DNA of 64,000 bases, from contig OX597817.1 of NCBI GenBank assembly GCA_951406725.2, forward strand, positions 122,450,001 through 122,514,000. The letters run 5' to 3'. Under the pieces are notes generated by a model that was not told the DNA's origin, searched no databases, and worked only from the letters and a program-made list of their open reading frames with translations. Both the position numbers and the translations under genes were made by a program. Of this stretch, positions 11,701 to 26,073 are shown piece after piece. Each line of letters starts with the position of its first letter. The stretch's first letter is position 1. This DNA is from Octopus vulgaris (Eukaryota).

Positions 11701-13358
11701 ATACCATTTTGGAGCATCAAAAGGGAAGACTATATTGGCACAACAAAGCAGAGCCATTACCATTTTCAATTATGACCTTGCCTCCCCCCCCCCACACACC
11801 TCTACCCTACCCCTGGTGAAGAGGATTGGTCTGCAAGAGTCTTGTGCTGATGCCACAAAAATAGCACTTACGTCCAATTCTTGCTAGCATGGAAAACGGA
11901 CGTTAAACGATGATAATGATGATGTTTGATATCACATAAGGCTGTTGTGTGGTACCACATTAAAAGCACCCAACATACACCGTAAAGTGGTCGGTGTTAG
12001 GAAGAGCATCAAGCCATGGAAACCATGGAAAACAAGACTGGAGTCTTGTGTGTCACTTCGGCTTGCCACCTCTGGTCAAATTGTCCCCACCCATACCAGT
12101 ATGGAAAATGGGTGTTAAATGATGATGATGTACATTATGATTATGTTGTAATTGCTATTTTTGTTTAGCACCCTCTTCTTGATCTCTGATGAAAAGTGTT
12201 CCAGCTGTGGCTATCTTACATTGTATTTAAGTATGAGGTATTTAGAATTATATTATTCTTTCTAAGAGAGTAAAAATGTGGATGATTTGATGAAGACTTG
12301 GTTGGTATTTCTAACAAGTGGAGTAACTGCACATGAGCCAATCAATAAAGTAGTCCCTATATTAATGCTTGACTGGCTTGGTATGGCAGCCAAATACCCC
12401 TCATATTATATTCTACTATCTTAAAAAAAGATCTGTTGCACAATATATTGTAGGTTCCCTGGAGATGTAAAAAAAGACAGAGTTATCATAATTGAAATAC
12501 CTTTGACCAATAGGTTTGCTCAATTGACCAGGGGCTATGCAACAACTGTATATGGGGAACCCTTTGTTTATTGGTGTTGTTGTTTAGCTCTGGTCAGCCC
12601 TAATGTTGCAGGCCTATTTTCAGAGACTTTCCAACAATGACCATCCAAGCTGTCCTTCTTTCAAACATAATGTATCAAGTAGTAAGTTATCTGTATGACA
12701 GGGGACAAACACAGAGGCAAAGACACACACATACACACATACACACACACACACACATCAAGTCATTAGTATTGCAATGCCTAAGTGAAGACTTGATGTG
12801 TATGTGTGTGTGTTTGTTCCCCTTTACCACTTGACAACCGGTGTTGGTGTATTTACATCCCTGTAACTTAGTGGCTTGGCAAAAGAGACTGGCAGAATAA
12901 GTATCAAGCTCATAAAAGAATAAAAATGTAATGAGGTAGATTTGTTTGAGTAAAATACTTCTAGGTGGTACCCCAGTCTACTAACTGAAACCATTAACAG
13001 AATGAATGAATAATACTAATAATACTTCTTTTTTAAATTACTAGGATGCTTTTAGCACTGCTTTCTGGATGGTCATCGACCATGATAACTCTTGAATGTG
13101 AATTAAATACACTTTTTTCTCATCTATATATAAATATATATGTGTGTATATATATATACGTGTGTGTGTGTGAATATATATATATATATATATAAAATAT
13201 AGGTTATGAGAGGTAAAGGTGTCAGTAAGACCCAAAGGTATCAGGTAGTGCTGAATAAGTGCTATAGATAGACCATAGTTAAGCTCCACGTTTGGTGATT
13301 ATGCGAATAAGGAGTCCAACGTAGGTCATATATCAGTGTGTGTATATATAAAAAAAAG

Positions 13359-13390
<32 letters not shown>

Positions 13391-13960
13391 TACATATAAA
13401 TATGTATGCATATATATGTATGTGTGTGTGTATGTATGTATATATTGTGTATGGTTTTTGTTTTGGTTTTTGAATTTGCAAACCATTTCCGATATTAATA
13501 ACAGATGTTAATTCTTCTATAAGCTATAATGTTAAATTTGGCAAGGTAAGCACATAATAAACTAGATGGATTATATACATTTCATGTGTTGTGGTGTGAT
13601 ACATTAATTCTAAGTATCTTGCACATTCACTCTCTTCTTCTTCTCCTGCTGCTTCTTCTTCTTCTTCTTCTTCTTCTTCTTCTTCTTCCCTTGCTTATCT
13701 CACAAAGAGAAGATGGCTTTGTTGTAAAACTCTACAAATGCATTACAGATGTTGATAACATTTTTATTGCTGATTCTTGCATTAATTAATTTATGATAGC
13801 TGCTAGCTCGGAATCTAAATAAGTACATTAATTTATTTGTCAATAAGCAAGAATAAAACAAATGAATTATTTACTCTTTCTCTCTGTTGCTAATACACAT
13901 GCATATATTCGTACATAGAGACATAGGTGCATGCGAGTATGCGTGCGTGTGTGTGTGTGT

Positions 13961-14002
<42 letters not shown>

Positions 14003-14019
14003 TGGGTGTACCCCTTATC

Positions 14020-14240
14020 TCTTACTTGTTTCAATCATTAAACTGCAGTTATGCTGAGGCGCTACCTTGAAGTGTTTACTAAAAAGAAATTGACCGCAAT
14101 ACATATTTTTCTGTTTTTTTAAGTCTGGTGCTTTTTCTATCAGCCTCTTTTGCTAAGCTACTAAGTTACAGGAATGTAAACAAACTGACACCAATTATAA
14201 ACTGATGGTGTGGGGGACAAACATTAACACAAAGGCGCAC
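14020..14240 (-). mobile_element. SINE family B 3' half (older copy)
   Basis: CTTACTTGTTTCAATCATT...GGGGGACAAAC is the reverse complement of the family B tail. Confidence 0.7.
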
Positions 14241-14268
14241 ACACACTTATATAAATAATATAAATATA

Positions 14269-14433
14269 GGCACAGGAGTGGCTGTGTGGTAAGTAGCTTG
14301 TTTACCAACCACATAGTTCTGGGTTCAGTCCCACTGCATGGCACCTTGGGCAAGTGTCTTCTACTATAGCCTCGGGCCGACCAAAGCCTTGTGAGTGGAT
14401 TTGGTAGATGGAAACTGAAAGAAGCGCGTCGTA

Positions 14434-14507
<74 letters not shown>

Positions 14508-14717
14508 TGTATCTGTGTTTGTCCCCCTAGCATTGCTTGACAACCGATGCTGGTGTGTTTATGTCCTTGTTACTTAGCGGTTCAGCAAAAGAGACCGATA
14601 GAATATGTACTGGGCTTACAAAAAGAATAAGTCCTGGGGTCGAGTTGCTCAATTAAAGGCAGTACTCCAGCATAGCTGCAGTCAAATGACTGAAACAAGT
14701 AAAAGAGTAAAAGAGTA
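14269..14717 (+). mobile_element. Full-length SINE family B (tRNA-like head, CORE-like CCTTGGGCAAGTG, internal TA/TG microsatellite, AAAAGAGT tail)
   Basis: A-box TGGCTGTGTGG and B-box GGTTCAGTCCC. Many near-identical copies in the window. Confidence 0.9.
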
Positions 14718-15002
14718 ATATATATATATGCATATATAGACACACATGTGTACATACATATGTATATAGCTATCCATTTGTTTCTCTCATTTTTTGCGTA
14801 CCCAACGTTATTTTTGTATTTAATGTTTCTTTACGTTTTCATGACATCATGTACCAATATATGCATAGCTATATACATATATACGTATGCATGTACATAT
14901 GTGTGTCTAGATATGCGTATATATATATTATTTTTATTATTATTTTATTGAACACCATGTATCCATTTCCAAGTAAGTTTTTTCTATATAAATATATCTG
15001 AG

Positions 15003-15334
15003 ACGCCCTTTGGTCATGACACAGACCATGGGATTGCACCTAGAAAGTTACCGTCCGAGGCACAAGTCTGGGCAAGGTGGTTTATGGAAGACCAGTAGTC
15101 ACCTATGCATACCAGCCTCCCCTCTTCATGCCAACAGTGTTATCCAATTGATAAGCAAAGGCTGATACAGCTTGGCACCTGTGACATCACAACTCATTTC
15201 TACAGCTGAGTGAACTGGAGCAACAGGAAATAAAGTGTCTTGCTCAAGAACACAACTGCAGCCCGGTCTGGTATTTGAGCTCACAACCTCACAATCGTAA
15301 GCTCAACGTTCTAACCACTGAGCCATGCGCCTTC
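15003..15334 (-). mobile_element. SINE family A, near full length
   Basis: Minus strand GGCGCATGGCTCAGTGGTTAGAACGTTGAGC... is a tRNA-like head, followed by a TTGTGTTCTTGAGCAAGACACTTT body. Related heads at 16918-17170 and 48190-48330. Confidence 0.85.
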
Positions 15335-15372
15335 ACATATATTTATATTTACATATATATATATATATATAT

Positions 15373-15683
15373 GGGTGAGTAGACAAACAAAAGAAGGGCA
15401 CTCAACACACTTATTGGGAGTTACGTGTGATGATCAAAACAGTTTGATTCAGACTCCTTGGTACTCTGAGTTTCAAGCCTGTGGCTAGTCTTCGGCCATT
15501 GGCGTCTGAATGAGAGTTCGATTGAAGGGAGTCAATGTTTACTAATGGGCATTAGTTTGGCTAACATCCAGTTGTAAACATTGACTCTCTTCAATGAAAC
15601 TCTCATTCAGACCCCAATGGCCGATGACTAGCCGGATGCTTGAAACTCAGAGTATCAAGGAGTCTAAATGAAACTGTTTGATC
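15373..15683. mobile_element. Fold-back element with a hammerhead-like core in each arm
   Basis: Arms 15432-15542 and 15574-15683. Cores CCGATGA...GAAA-CTC-A-GAG-TA (+, 15621-15654) and CCGAAGA...GAAA-CTC-A-GAG-TA (-, 15462-15495). Confidence 0.75.
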
Positions 15684-16170
15684 TCTCTCTCTTTCTCTTT
15701 CTATATATATATACACACACACATACACAGCAGGCTCAGACAAAATAAGAAGAAAGTTGTTTATTGATATAATGAACTCATCAGTCATCAGCTGCTTTGA
15801 ACGTTTCAAATAGTTTGGTCGCATGAACATGCCATTGTTTACGGTGTTACAATCTACAGCATTAAAGAAAGAATCTTGTTTCATCATCTTATGAAAATTT
15901 GTGTTAACACTATATATATTGTTTCATGTCTTAACTTTCAAGGATACAGTAAGTAATATAACATTTCTAATAACATTATCTTTAATTAATACCTGGTATT
16001 TTATATGATATGGTAACTTTTACACTGTTGCTTAGGCTATCTTTAAACTTAGGTGAGTTTCATATTTTAAAGGTCGTCTTATACCTCAGATATTAGCTTA
16101 AGTCATGACAATTTATTCCGATTTTTGAGCTGTATTATCTGTAGGTCACCTTATACACTGAAATATATGT

Positions 16171-16209
<39 letters not shown>

Positions 16210-16220
16210 CACATGTGTAT

Positions 16221-16268
<48 letters not shown>

Positions 16269-16279
16269 ATATACATGTG

Positions 16280-16321
<42 letters not shown>

Positions 16322-16336
16322 TACACACATGTGTAT

Positions 16337-16383
<47 letters not shown>

Positions 16384-18190
16384 TATGAGTGTGTGTATGT
16401 TTCTTCCCACACCACTTAACTACTGGTAATGGTTTGTTTACATCCCTGTAACTAAGCAGTATGATAAAAGAGGCCAAAAGAATATGTATCAGATTTAAAA
16501 AATAATAAGTTCTGGTATTGGTTTGTTTGACCTTAAATCTTTAAGATCATAAGTACCCTAACAAGTCTAGAGTTCAATGACTGAAATAATTAAACAATAA
16601 AAATAAAAAGACAAAAAAAATCATTGTGCACTGAGCAGAAAATTAGTAGAGCTGGTAGTACTTTAGATTGAATGCCTTGCTTTTTTTGTTGCAGCTTCCT
16701 GCCTTCTGAACTCAAATCCTACCACCATCAACTGTCAATTTTGCATTTTATCTTTACAGAGTTGATATATAAAGCATAAATCAATTTCTCTCTCACCCCC
16801 CCCCCCATGTCTCAGAACTGGCATGCATTGTAATACAAGATGGGTCGTAGGAGTATCAATTACAGTGTCCTTTTCTCCAGAAATGGAGAAGTTTTGTGTA
16901 GTAGAGTAAAAAATAATGTTAACCTTCTCGAGCGAGTCATGTCATCCCATAAGGGCCGGTTTCTCAATTTCCATGGTGTATACATTCCCCACCTGGACAG
17001 GATGCCAGTCCTTCACAGGATTACTCATTTTCGCCAGCTGAGTGATCAAGAGCAATGTGAAATAAAGTGTTTCACTCAAGAACACAATACGTTACCTGGT
17101 CCAGGAATCAAAACCACAATTTTACGATGATGAGTTTAACACCCTAATCACTAAGTCCTGTGCCTCCACAAGAAGTCTTTCAGTAAAGTATTAGCAATCC
17201 TTTAGGCAAAATATAAATAGGTAGATGAAATATAACAAAGCTGACAGATTAAAGGAACCATCCAAAGACAGCCCATTGTGCAGAACAATTTGATGTACCC
17301 TTAGATTTTTAAAGCTGTAGGGTATAATTTGAGGAAGATTCAACTATTATTTTACAAGCAAGATAAATTCAAGATCAGGTTTATGGTTTTTTGATCAACA
17401 TTTTTTCATCATATTTATTCAGAAAAGTGAAATGAAATTTGAAATATATTTTTCTGTGAATAACATATACTTTTGGATAGATAATAAACATTACATTACT
17501 ATATAAATACACCCAAAACTAATATATACATAAATAAATATACATACAAACATATATATACATATATATATATATATATACATACACATACATACATACA
17601 TATATATACATACACACACACACATACATACATACATACATACATATACATACATACATATACACACACACACACACACACATATATATACTCATGTATA
17701 TATATATATATGTATACACATACTCATACATAAACATATATAAGCATATATACATGTGGGGTATGTGTGTGCGTGCATGTGTGTGCGTATAGGTTTCCAT
17801 AAATAATAATGTGTGTATTCATGTATATTTTTATGTGCTTCTATGTGTATGTATATTTGTGTGTGCTTGCATAACTGATTCAATGTTTTGTTGATGTTAA
17901 AATATTTGTTTACTGTTTAAAAATTAATGGCATGGAAGGTGATGTTAATGGTTTTATTTTTAAGAACAAGATAAAAGAAAATATTAAAAAATGCATAAGT
18001 TTATGTAAAGCTATTAATTATTTAAAATGTTAAAGGTTCTTTTGTTAGAAATTTGAAATTTCATATTTATCCACATTGGGCCTTATGATTTACTTTAAAA
18101 AAAAAATTTTTTCTGCATTTTAAAAACAAGGTATAAATGCATAAATTCATGTCTGCATACATATATACTGAAACATATATATCTATTCCT

Positions 18191-18267
<77 letters not shown>

Positions 18268-19363
18268 CATACATACATACAAACACACCTATAAGCATTC
18301 ATCCATACATGCACACATAGAAACATACACACATATATGTATTCTCACATATACACGCTTATGCACCTAAACATACATATATGCACAGATATGCTTACTA
18401 CAAATAAGAGCGTAGTTTATTTATAATTTTCCTCTTCTTTCTTATTGGTCGTCCACTTAAAATCGAAATTCAATAAAGCTGCATAAATAAATTTTTTCAA
18501 GTCAAGTTTTGCTGCAGGTGAAAGTGATAAAATATGATTTATTTTAGTGAGAAAATTATTATAATATCCTTCTTAAGCCTTTTCTTTTTTTTTTTACTAT
18601 ACAATCAACTTATAATGTTTTTCTTTCTCCTCATATTACTTCATTCTGTAGGCTATTTTTTGTAGCAACTGGATTGTATAAAGCTGTGAAGTAAAATGTA
18701 GAAAATTATCCTGCTATTTAATGATTTTTATGAGAAGAGGGGGTGAAAAAAGACATCTAAGTGGTTTGGAATCAAAAATAGAATCTAAGAGAATCTGAAG
18801 AGGGAAATTTTAACCTCAATGACTTCCCAGATATTCAATACATAATTTCACACTACTGCTGAATGTAAGTTAGTTGTTACTGTTGTTTTTGTAGCTGTTG
18901 GTTAGTCCTGGTTCAGTTCTGGGTAATGCTTTTGATACCAACCCACCTGAGGCCAGTTTGGTTTGTGTATGCTACAACACCACTCATTTTTAAAGTATTC
19001 ACTTCCAAAATATAACCTCACTCATAAAATCATGTATGGACATATTTTTTTCGACTTAGCAGATCAGCAAAAGAGACCAACAGAATAAATACCAGGCCTT
19101 AAAAAAGAAAAAAGAGAAAAAGGCTTAATTTGATCTTAAAACATTATTCTAGCTGTTGCTTAACCCCAAATTGTTTCACAAGACTTGCAACTAAGGGCAT
19201 TCCAGCTATGACCAGCTTATTTGCTTTTACCGTTCTAAAAAACGTGTTCGGGTTTGATCCGTGGGAATTCTGGCAGTTATTTTTAAGCAGGTCAAATAAC
19301 CACATAGCTACATAAAGTTGCTTTCACAAGATTAGAATTAAGCTAATATTAAAGACAGGGGGA

Positions 19364-19545
19364 AGACGGTGAGCTGGCAAAATCATTAGCTCACCAGGCA
19401 ATATGCTAAGCAGCATTTCATCTGGGGTTGGCTTCGCCTTTTATCCTTTTAGGATTGATAAAATAAGAACCAGTTGAGCACTGAGGCTGATGTAATCAAC
19501 TTATCCGCTCCTCCAAAACTGCTTCCCTTGCACCAAAATTTGAAA
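19364..19545 (+). mobile_element. SINE family C (internally deleted)
   Basis: GACGGTGAGCTGGCAAAATCATTAGC head and GCCTTTTATCCTTTAGGATTGATAAAAT core. Homologous to 28466-28694. Confidence 0.7.
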
Positions 19546-19665
19546 TTGATATTTAACATCTATAAGGCAGCAAACTGGCAAAATTGATAGTATACCAGGG
19601 CAAAATGCCTAGTGGCATACTCTCTTACCTGAAATTGCTGGCCTTGTGCCAAAATTTGAAACTGA

Positions 19666-20069
19666 TGTGGCAGTGTGGTAAGTAGCTTGCTTACCAACCA
19701 CATGTTTCCGGGTTCAGTCCCACTGCATGACATCTTGGGCAAGTGACTTCTACTATAACCTCGGGCCAACCAAAGCCTTGTGAGTGGATTTGATAGATGG
19801 ATTCTGAAAGAAGCCCATAGTGTGAGTGTGTGTGTGTGTGTGCTTGTGTGTCTGTGTTTGTCTCCCCCCACCCACCACAACCATTGCTTGACAACTGATG
19901 CTGGTGTGTTTACATTCCCATAACTTAGCAGTCTGGCAAAAGAGATCACTAGAGTAAGTACTAAGCTATCAAAGAATGAGCCCTTGGGTCGATTCGTTCA
20001 ACTAAAGGTGGTGCTCCAGCATGGCCACAGTCAAATGACTGAAACAAATAAAAGAGTAACAGAGTAAAG
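19666..20069 (+). mobile_element. SINE family B
   Basis: Collinear with 14269-14717. Confidence 0.9.
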
Positions 20070-21536
20070 ATTGATATTTAAGACACCGAGAATCGCTTGA
20101 TGAAATTAAGAAACTGAGTTCAATCCCTAATCAGGATAAAGCATGGGCATAGAAGAATCCTGCTAGACTGATGTGCTCTGAATACACGGCTCAAGCTAAC
20201 TCTAAGTTAGCTGATGGCAAAGAGAAGTGGAGTTTGTTGATATAAGGATCAAACCAGAAACCATGAGGCTAAAAAACAAACTTCTCATCTTCCATACATT
20301 GATTAAATACCTATTAGTAATACACAGATACTTATCCAGTTATCTTATCCATACTTGTTTCTACTTCACAACTGGCTCTGTACATTGAACAGAAGGGGAA
20401 AAAAAACAGCAAACTTATTGTATGTTATGTAAAGCTCGACTTTTATTTAAAACCCACAAATGCTGTATCTACAGCAACTGTTTTCATGGCATATAATTGT
20501 GTTTCAATTGAACCACATATTAGTTATTTGGCATATGTTATTCATGTTATGCTGTAAACAACCTGAAGACTTTTCGATGATATTATATCAGTTTTATCAA
20601 AACAACAAAATTACATTCTTTATAAAGTTTCCTATGAGCGAAATCCTCTTTGCATGAAATAAGCACACAACAAAACCAAAACACACAATAATAATGGCAA
20701 TAGTAATGATGATGATGATGATGACTACAACACAGAGATAGTCAAAAATATAAAATAAAATAAAATATAATCTTTAACGATTTGAAAACGTTGCTCACCA
20801 GGATCATATCTGAAGAGGTTTTATCAACAAAGACGTTACATACCTTATGAATATTTCAAAAACTATGGTAAAATTAATAATATTTGTACATTTAGATATA
20901 TTAAAAATTCCAAAAACATACTTCCTGGGTAGAGTTTGTAGTGCAATTGTTGCCTACATTGAGAAAGTAATATTATATTTATTCTGATTGAAGATATATC
21001 TATTGGGAATATTGTAATAATATCTTTATTTATTTAATAAGTCGCTATTCTTTTATGCACACACTTCAAAACTTGTTTCCACTATTTTGAACTTGCTAGC
21101 TGCTGCAAGATCTTGCTGAAAGATATGAATAAATAATGTTTCCAGCAGAAAGGTGTGTATGTATGCATGTGAATATGCATGTGAGTGTCTGTGTGTGATG
21201 GGGATGTGGCATTGTAACGAATAAATACTATTTTGGCATCAAACACGACGCAAATAGTATTTCTTATAAAATATATGCATTTGTGTGTGTGTGTGTATGT
21301 GTGTGTAAATTTGTGTATACTTGTGTATATATATTCATATATACACATACACATATATAGTCATCATCATCAACATCTAATCTCCGTTTTCCATGCTAGC
21401 ACAGGCTGGATGGTTCGACAAGAGCTGACTAGAAAGAGGGCTACACCAAGTTCCACAGTCTGCTTTGGCAAGAGTTTTCATAGTTGGATACCTTTTATAA
21501 TACCAATATACATAAACACACACACACACACACACA

Positions 21537-21590
<54 letters not shown>

Positions 21591-21740
21591 AATAGATAGA
21601 CAGACAATAGGTAGTTACATATATATCTATATATATGATAAGGTTCATTTTTTCAAGAACCGAAACATGTAAAATTCATAAGAAAATTAAAATTTATCTA
21701 ATATAGTGGTGTTTTCAAACTTCTTTTTTACAAATATATA

Positions 21741-21786
<46 letters not shown>

Positions 21787-22124
21787 TCATAAATGACAGA
21801 GAAATAGTTTGATGAAATTTTACTTAACTATACGAAAATTCTAATTTCATGACAAATTATTTTGTGACTTAAGAACATGTAAATAATTTATATTATTACA
21901 TTTAATAATAAATAAATAAATTACTTATACACCTTATCGTTCTCTGTTGTATTGTACTATATCTTCTATATGTTTTGCAGAATGATACATTAAGGAGCTT
22001 TGTTTCTGAGTACTACTGGATTACTTGAATCCATATATTGTGACTTAAATATATATTTATAAACATATAATCAGATATGCATATGTGTATATGTATATAC
22101 TCTCTCACACACACATACACATAT

Positions 22125-22860
22125 GTTTAAGTAATCAGGTTGACTTAGTTCCTCATGTTGCTTACTGTTTCAGGAATGTGAAAACACAACCATCTCCTTG
22201 GAAATTCAAAACCAAATTGAAGAACAGAGCAAGATGACTTTATTACAATTGAGAGCTTAACCACTCCAAGCCAGTTCAGGTCACATTATCTTAATGATAG
22301 CTAAATGACAGCAGATCAAGCACTCCACATAGATATTTATAGCACTTAGCCATCAAAACAGGGTATTTGATGTATCAGTGACATCACTGTTTTAGGTATG
22401 AGGTGGTAAGGAATGGCTTACATGTCATACAGAGAGCTTAACGCTCCATGGTCAGTTACAGCCACATGGATGTCATGATAACCTAGTGACAACAGATGAA
22501 TGCTCCTTAGCTGTCAGTGCGTGGTACTTGGCATATATGCAGGTTGTTTGTATGCTGGATCATTGAATTGCAAGAATTACGGCAGGAGGGCAGTCAATAA
22601 AAACTTTGGAAACTGCAAGTGGAAGCATGAGATGGAGATTGTGTGGATACTTGTCATCTTCTTTTGTAACATGCAATGTTAGGAACAATGTTATCTAAAC
22701 ATAAATACCTGATCTTAATTTTATTTCCCATTTCACTCTGTAATAAAGAAACCATTCTATTTCTTCTTCGCTTTGCTTCCAAATGTCTGAGGAAATGACC
22801 ATGTTTACACATCCATGAAACTTTAAGTAACAGGAGGAACTAAATCAATCTGTTACAAAC
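22125..22860 (+). mobile_element. Penelope-like element 3' remnant with inverted terminal copy
   Basis: 22125-22200 is an inverted copy of ~22786-22860. A decayed E-Q-x-Y-L...P-D-L-N (GIY-YIG C-terminus-like) lies at ~22683-22719, followed by a hammerhead. Confidence 0.55.
22776..22837 (+). ncRNA. Type I hammerhead ribozyme (core intact)
   Basis: Stem I CTTCC-AAA-TGT/ACA-GGAGG; CTGAGGA; stem II ATG..ATGT-TTAC-ACAT..CAT; GAAA; stem III CTT-T-AAG. GUA cleavage site after 22829. Confidence 0.7.
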
Positions 22861-25821
22861 TAAAAAAAAAAAAAAAACATCTAGTACATGTGTGCAGAGT
22901 ACTATTTCTGCTTATTTGTTCACTCACAGCTTTTAACATTTTCTATCCAAGGAATATCTTAAACCAGTATTTACATAGTGGTTGTTTGTAGCTTTGTCTG
23001 CTTTGAGAGTCACCATTCCAACATATATATATATATATCATCATCATCATCATCATATATCTATATATATATAGAGAGAGCAATAATAATGATGATAATA
23101 ATAATAATAATAATCCTTGAATGGAGTTTATAAATATTTTAATGCATCACTACGCACATTTCCACAAATCACATGTACAGCTTTTGTATATAAGGAAAGG
23201 ATTTGTGATGAATCTTTCAAAGGGACAAAAGTGCTAAATAAATAGTATTTATCCAAATCCTGATTACCTCCCTTTTAGATATAGTGCCTTGCAGTGTCTG
23301 CCCCAGTGTTCCATTTTCAAATTGCATTCAGCAATTCAACTCTTACCAATTGCCATGCCATTGCATCTTTGTAAAAGGTGAACACAATATGGTGAACCTG
23401 ACTGATTATGAGAGCAGCAGCTCTCTGTCATTATGAAGATCTCCCAATCATCTCAACATGGTTGTGTCATGGCTTTGATGACTAATCAGTGGTGGTGTAT
23501 ATCAAAAGCCATATCTCCACACTAGCAAACAGAATCCCTCTAGGGTTCAGAAACCTTGTAAACATATTAAATAACTAAGAAATGTTTGTATCATAGGTGT
23601 GTTTTTGTGTTCTTTAATGGCATATAATCTAATAGCCTTGTACTAAATGATTTCATAATGCTGAATTAGCTAGTAATCATACAATTAGAAGACATAAAAT
23701 AACCTTGCAAGGATAAAAGGCAAAGTCAGCCTTAGGGTGGTTTGAATTCTGGAGATAAAAAACCCTACCTAAATACAGCAAAATCATATTGTTTGATGTG
23801 CTAACAATTCACTCAGAACTTTACACTTTATTGTTTAGGTATTGGTTCCAAACATTTGCACAATGCCAGTAATTTGATGGGGTGAGATAAGTCAGTTACA
23901 TCAACTCCAGTGCTTGACTGATACTTATTTTATAGAATTTTAAAGGATGAAAGGCTAAATCGACCTCAATGGAATACTTTATTGTTTATATATTAATAGC
24001 AAGGAAGGTTATACTTTTTAGGAACTAAATAATTGAACTCAATACTATACAAAAAGCTATTAATTATCTAAAATTTTCAAGCCTTTTTTCTGGTAATTTT
24101 ATGTTTATGAAGCTTACTTGAGTGGGAAAAGGAAAGAGGTGTTTATCTAATGAGTATTTTAACAGCCTATCAGCTTAGTGTTACCTGTGCTCATATCTTC
24201 CAGTTTGATGACACTGTTGTGCTTAAAAGCAATTTCACAACAATTTCTGATATCACTGCTCTAGTTTAATTAACATAAATGCTTGTGATATAATATGCAT
24301 CTCAATTTCTGAGCCTAAATTGTCAGAATCCTTTTAATACTTCATATAACAACTATTCAGTGTTGCATAACTGCTTTGGGAATATATATGTATAAAGCTT
24401 GATGGCAATATGTGTGACTAAATTGTTGCTTAATTGCAGTTCAACCTTGATCTAGAATAACTATAATTAAATACACCTTGGAGAAGAACTAACCCCCTCA
24501 ACAAACCTATGTTTGTAAATATAGTTTTTTTTGTTATTTCAAGGACGTATCTGCAGAATGGTTTGATTGGAATTTAGTTATTGGCCTTTACATTTTGAGT
24601 GTAAATCCCATCACAGACAACTTCTTTCCTCTTCTAGGAGTTGATAAAATATAATATTTGTCTGTTCAAATACAAGGCTCAATTTACTTGTCTGTACTCT
24701 CCCTAAAACTTTATGGCTTTGTGCCAACGTTAGAAATTAATATATTTCTATGTTCAGTCAAAACAAATTAAACTTATGCCAAATAGTGCTCTTTAAAAAA
24801 AAAGGAAGAAACCTAACATTCTAACATCCAGGTCTTCTAAACTATAGGGCCAACAGACATAGGGAAGAAAAAATACAAAAAGAAACATTAATGGTAAAGC
24901 ATTATGGTTTCTTTCAAATTGCAAAGAAAAATGAATTATCAATCTATAAATCACAACATGAAAATTCTTGAGCACATGGCAAATTTCACACCAATTATCT
25001 GATCGTTATTAAAACCCCATGTGGTCGCACTCATGGCAATAATAAAGAAATCATTATTAGAACCCTGCGTGATAACTACATTAAGAATAAATCTCAAATG
25101 CACTCCACTAAATTATAATAGATTTATAAAGTGTAAGAGGTGAGAGACTGTGAAGTGTCACTTTCTCAATCTGACACTTAATATCCTGATACACAACTTA
25201 AAACTACATTATACATCAACACTGTTTGTTATCTTATACATTCTAGACACGTATAAACAGACACACACACACACGACATTGATCACACAACAAATCTCAG
25301 AACATAACTTATGTGCAGACAGCCCTCAGTTTCTCCCTTGACGCACATTCTCATTCTCACGATCACCATTGATGATGATGATGATGACGTCGACAACCAC
25401 CACCATCATCATCATCCTTCTCCTCATCATCATCACTATCATCACCATCATCGTTGTTGTCATCATCATCATCATCATCAGCAGCAGCATTATCTTTACC
25501 ATCATCCTCCTTTATTCTGACTCTCACTCATGCAACCACCTTATAGTATCTATTGTTACCGCTGTGTAAATATCAATCTGATTTATTTTATTTATTCATT
25601 CATGTATTTCTATACCACAAATCTGGTTATAAGTTTCTTCCAGACTTAAATCTCTGTTTCACTGCATTTTTGATGGAGGGATTGACAAAAGAACATCTGT
25701 AATTTAAATAATTTAGTGCATCGCAAGAAATCTTTGTTCCTAAAATGCAGGTTTCCACCTTTTATTTATTTATTTATTTTGTTTTTGCATCAGTGTTTAT
25801 CATATTCTTTGCAAATATGAT

Positions 25822-26031
25822 ACTCTTTTACTTGTTTCAGTCATTTGACTGCGGCCATGCTGGAGCACTGCCTTTAGTCGAGCAAATCGACCCCGCGACT
25901 TATTCTTTGTAAGCCTAGTACTTATTCTATCAGTCTCTTTTGCTGAACCGCTAAGTAATGGGGATGTAAACACACCAGCATCGGTTGTCAAGCGATGTTG
26001 TGGGGACAAACACAGACACACAAACATATAC

Positions 26032-26073
<42 letters not shown>

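Noticed and set aside
15255-15334. tRNA genes at SINE heads (also 52-120, 50110-50182)
   Set aside because: No proper acceptor stem or terminator, and they continue into repeated SINE bodies.
25311-25569. His-rich or hydrophobic small ORFs
   Set aside because: They derive from a (CAT)n tract.
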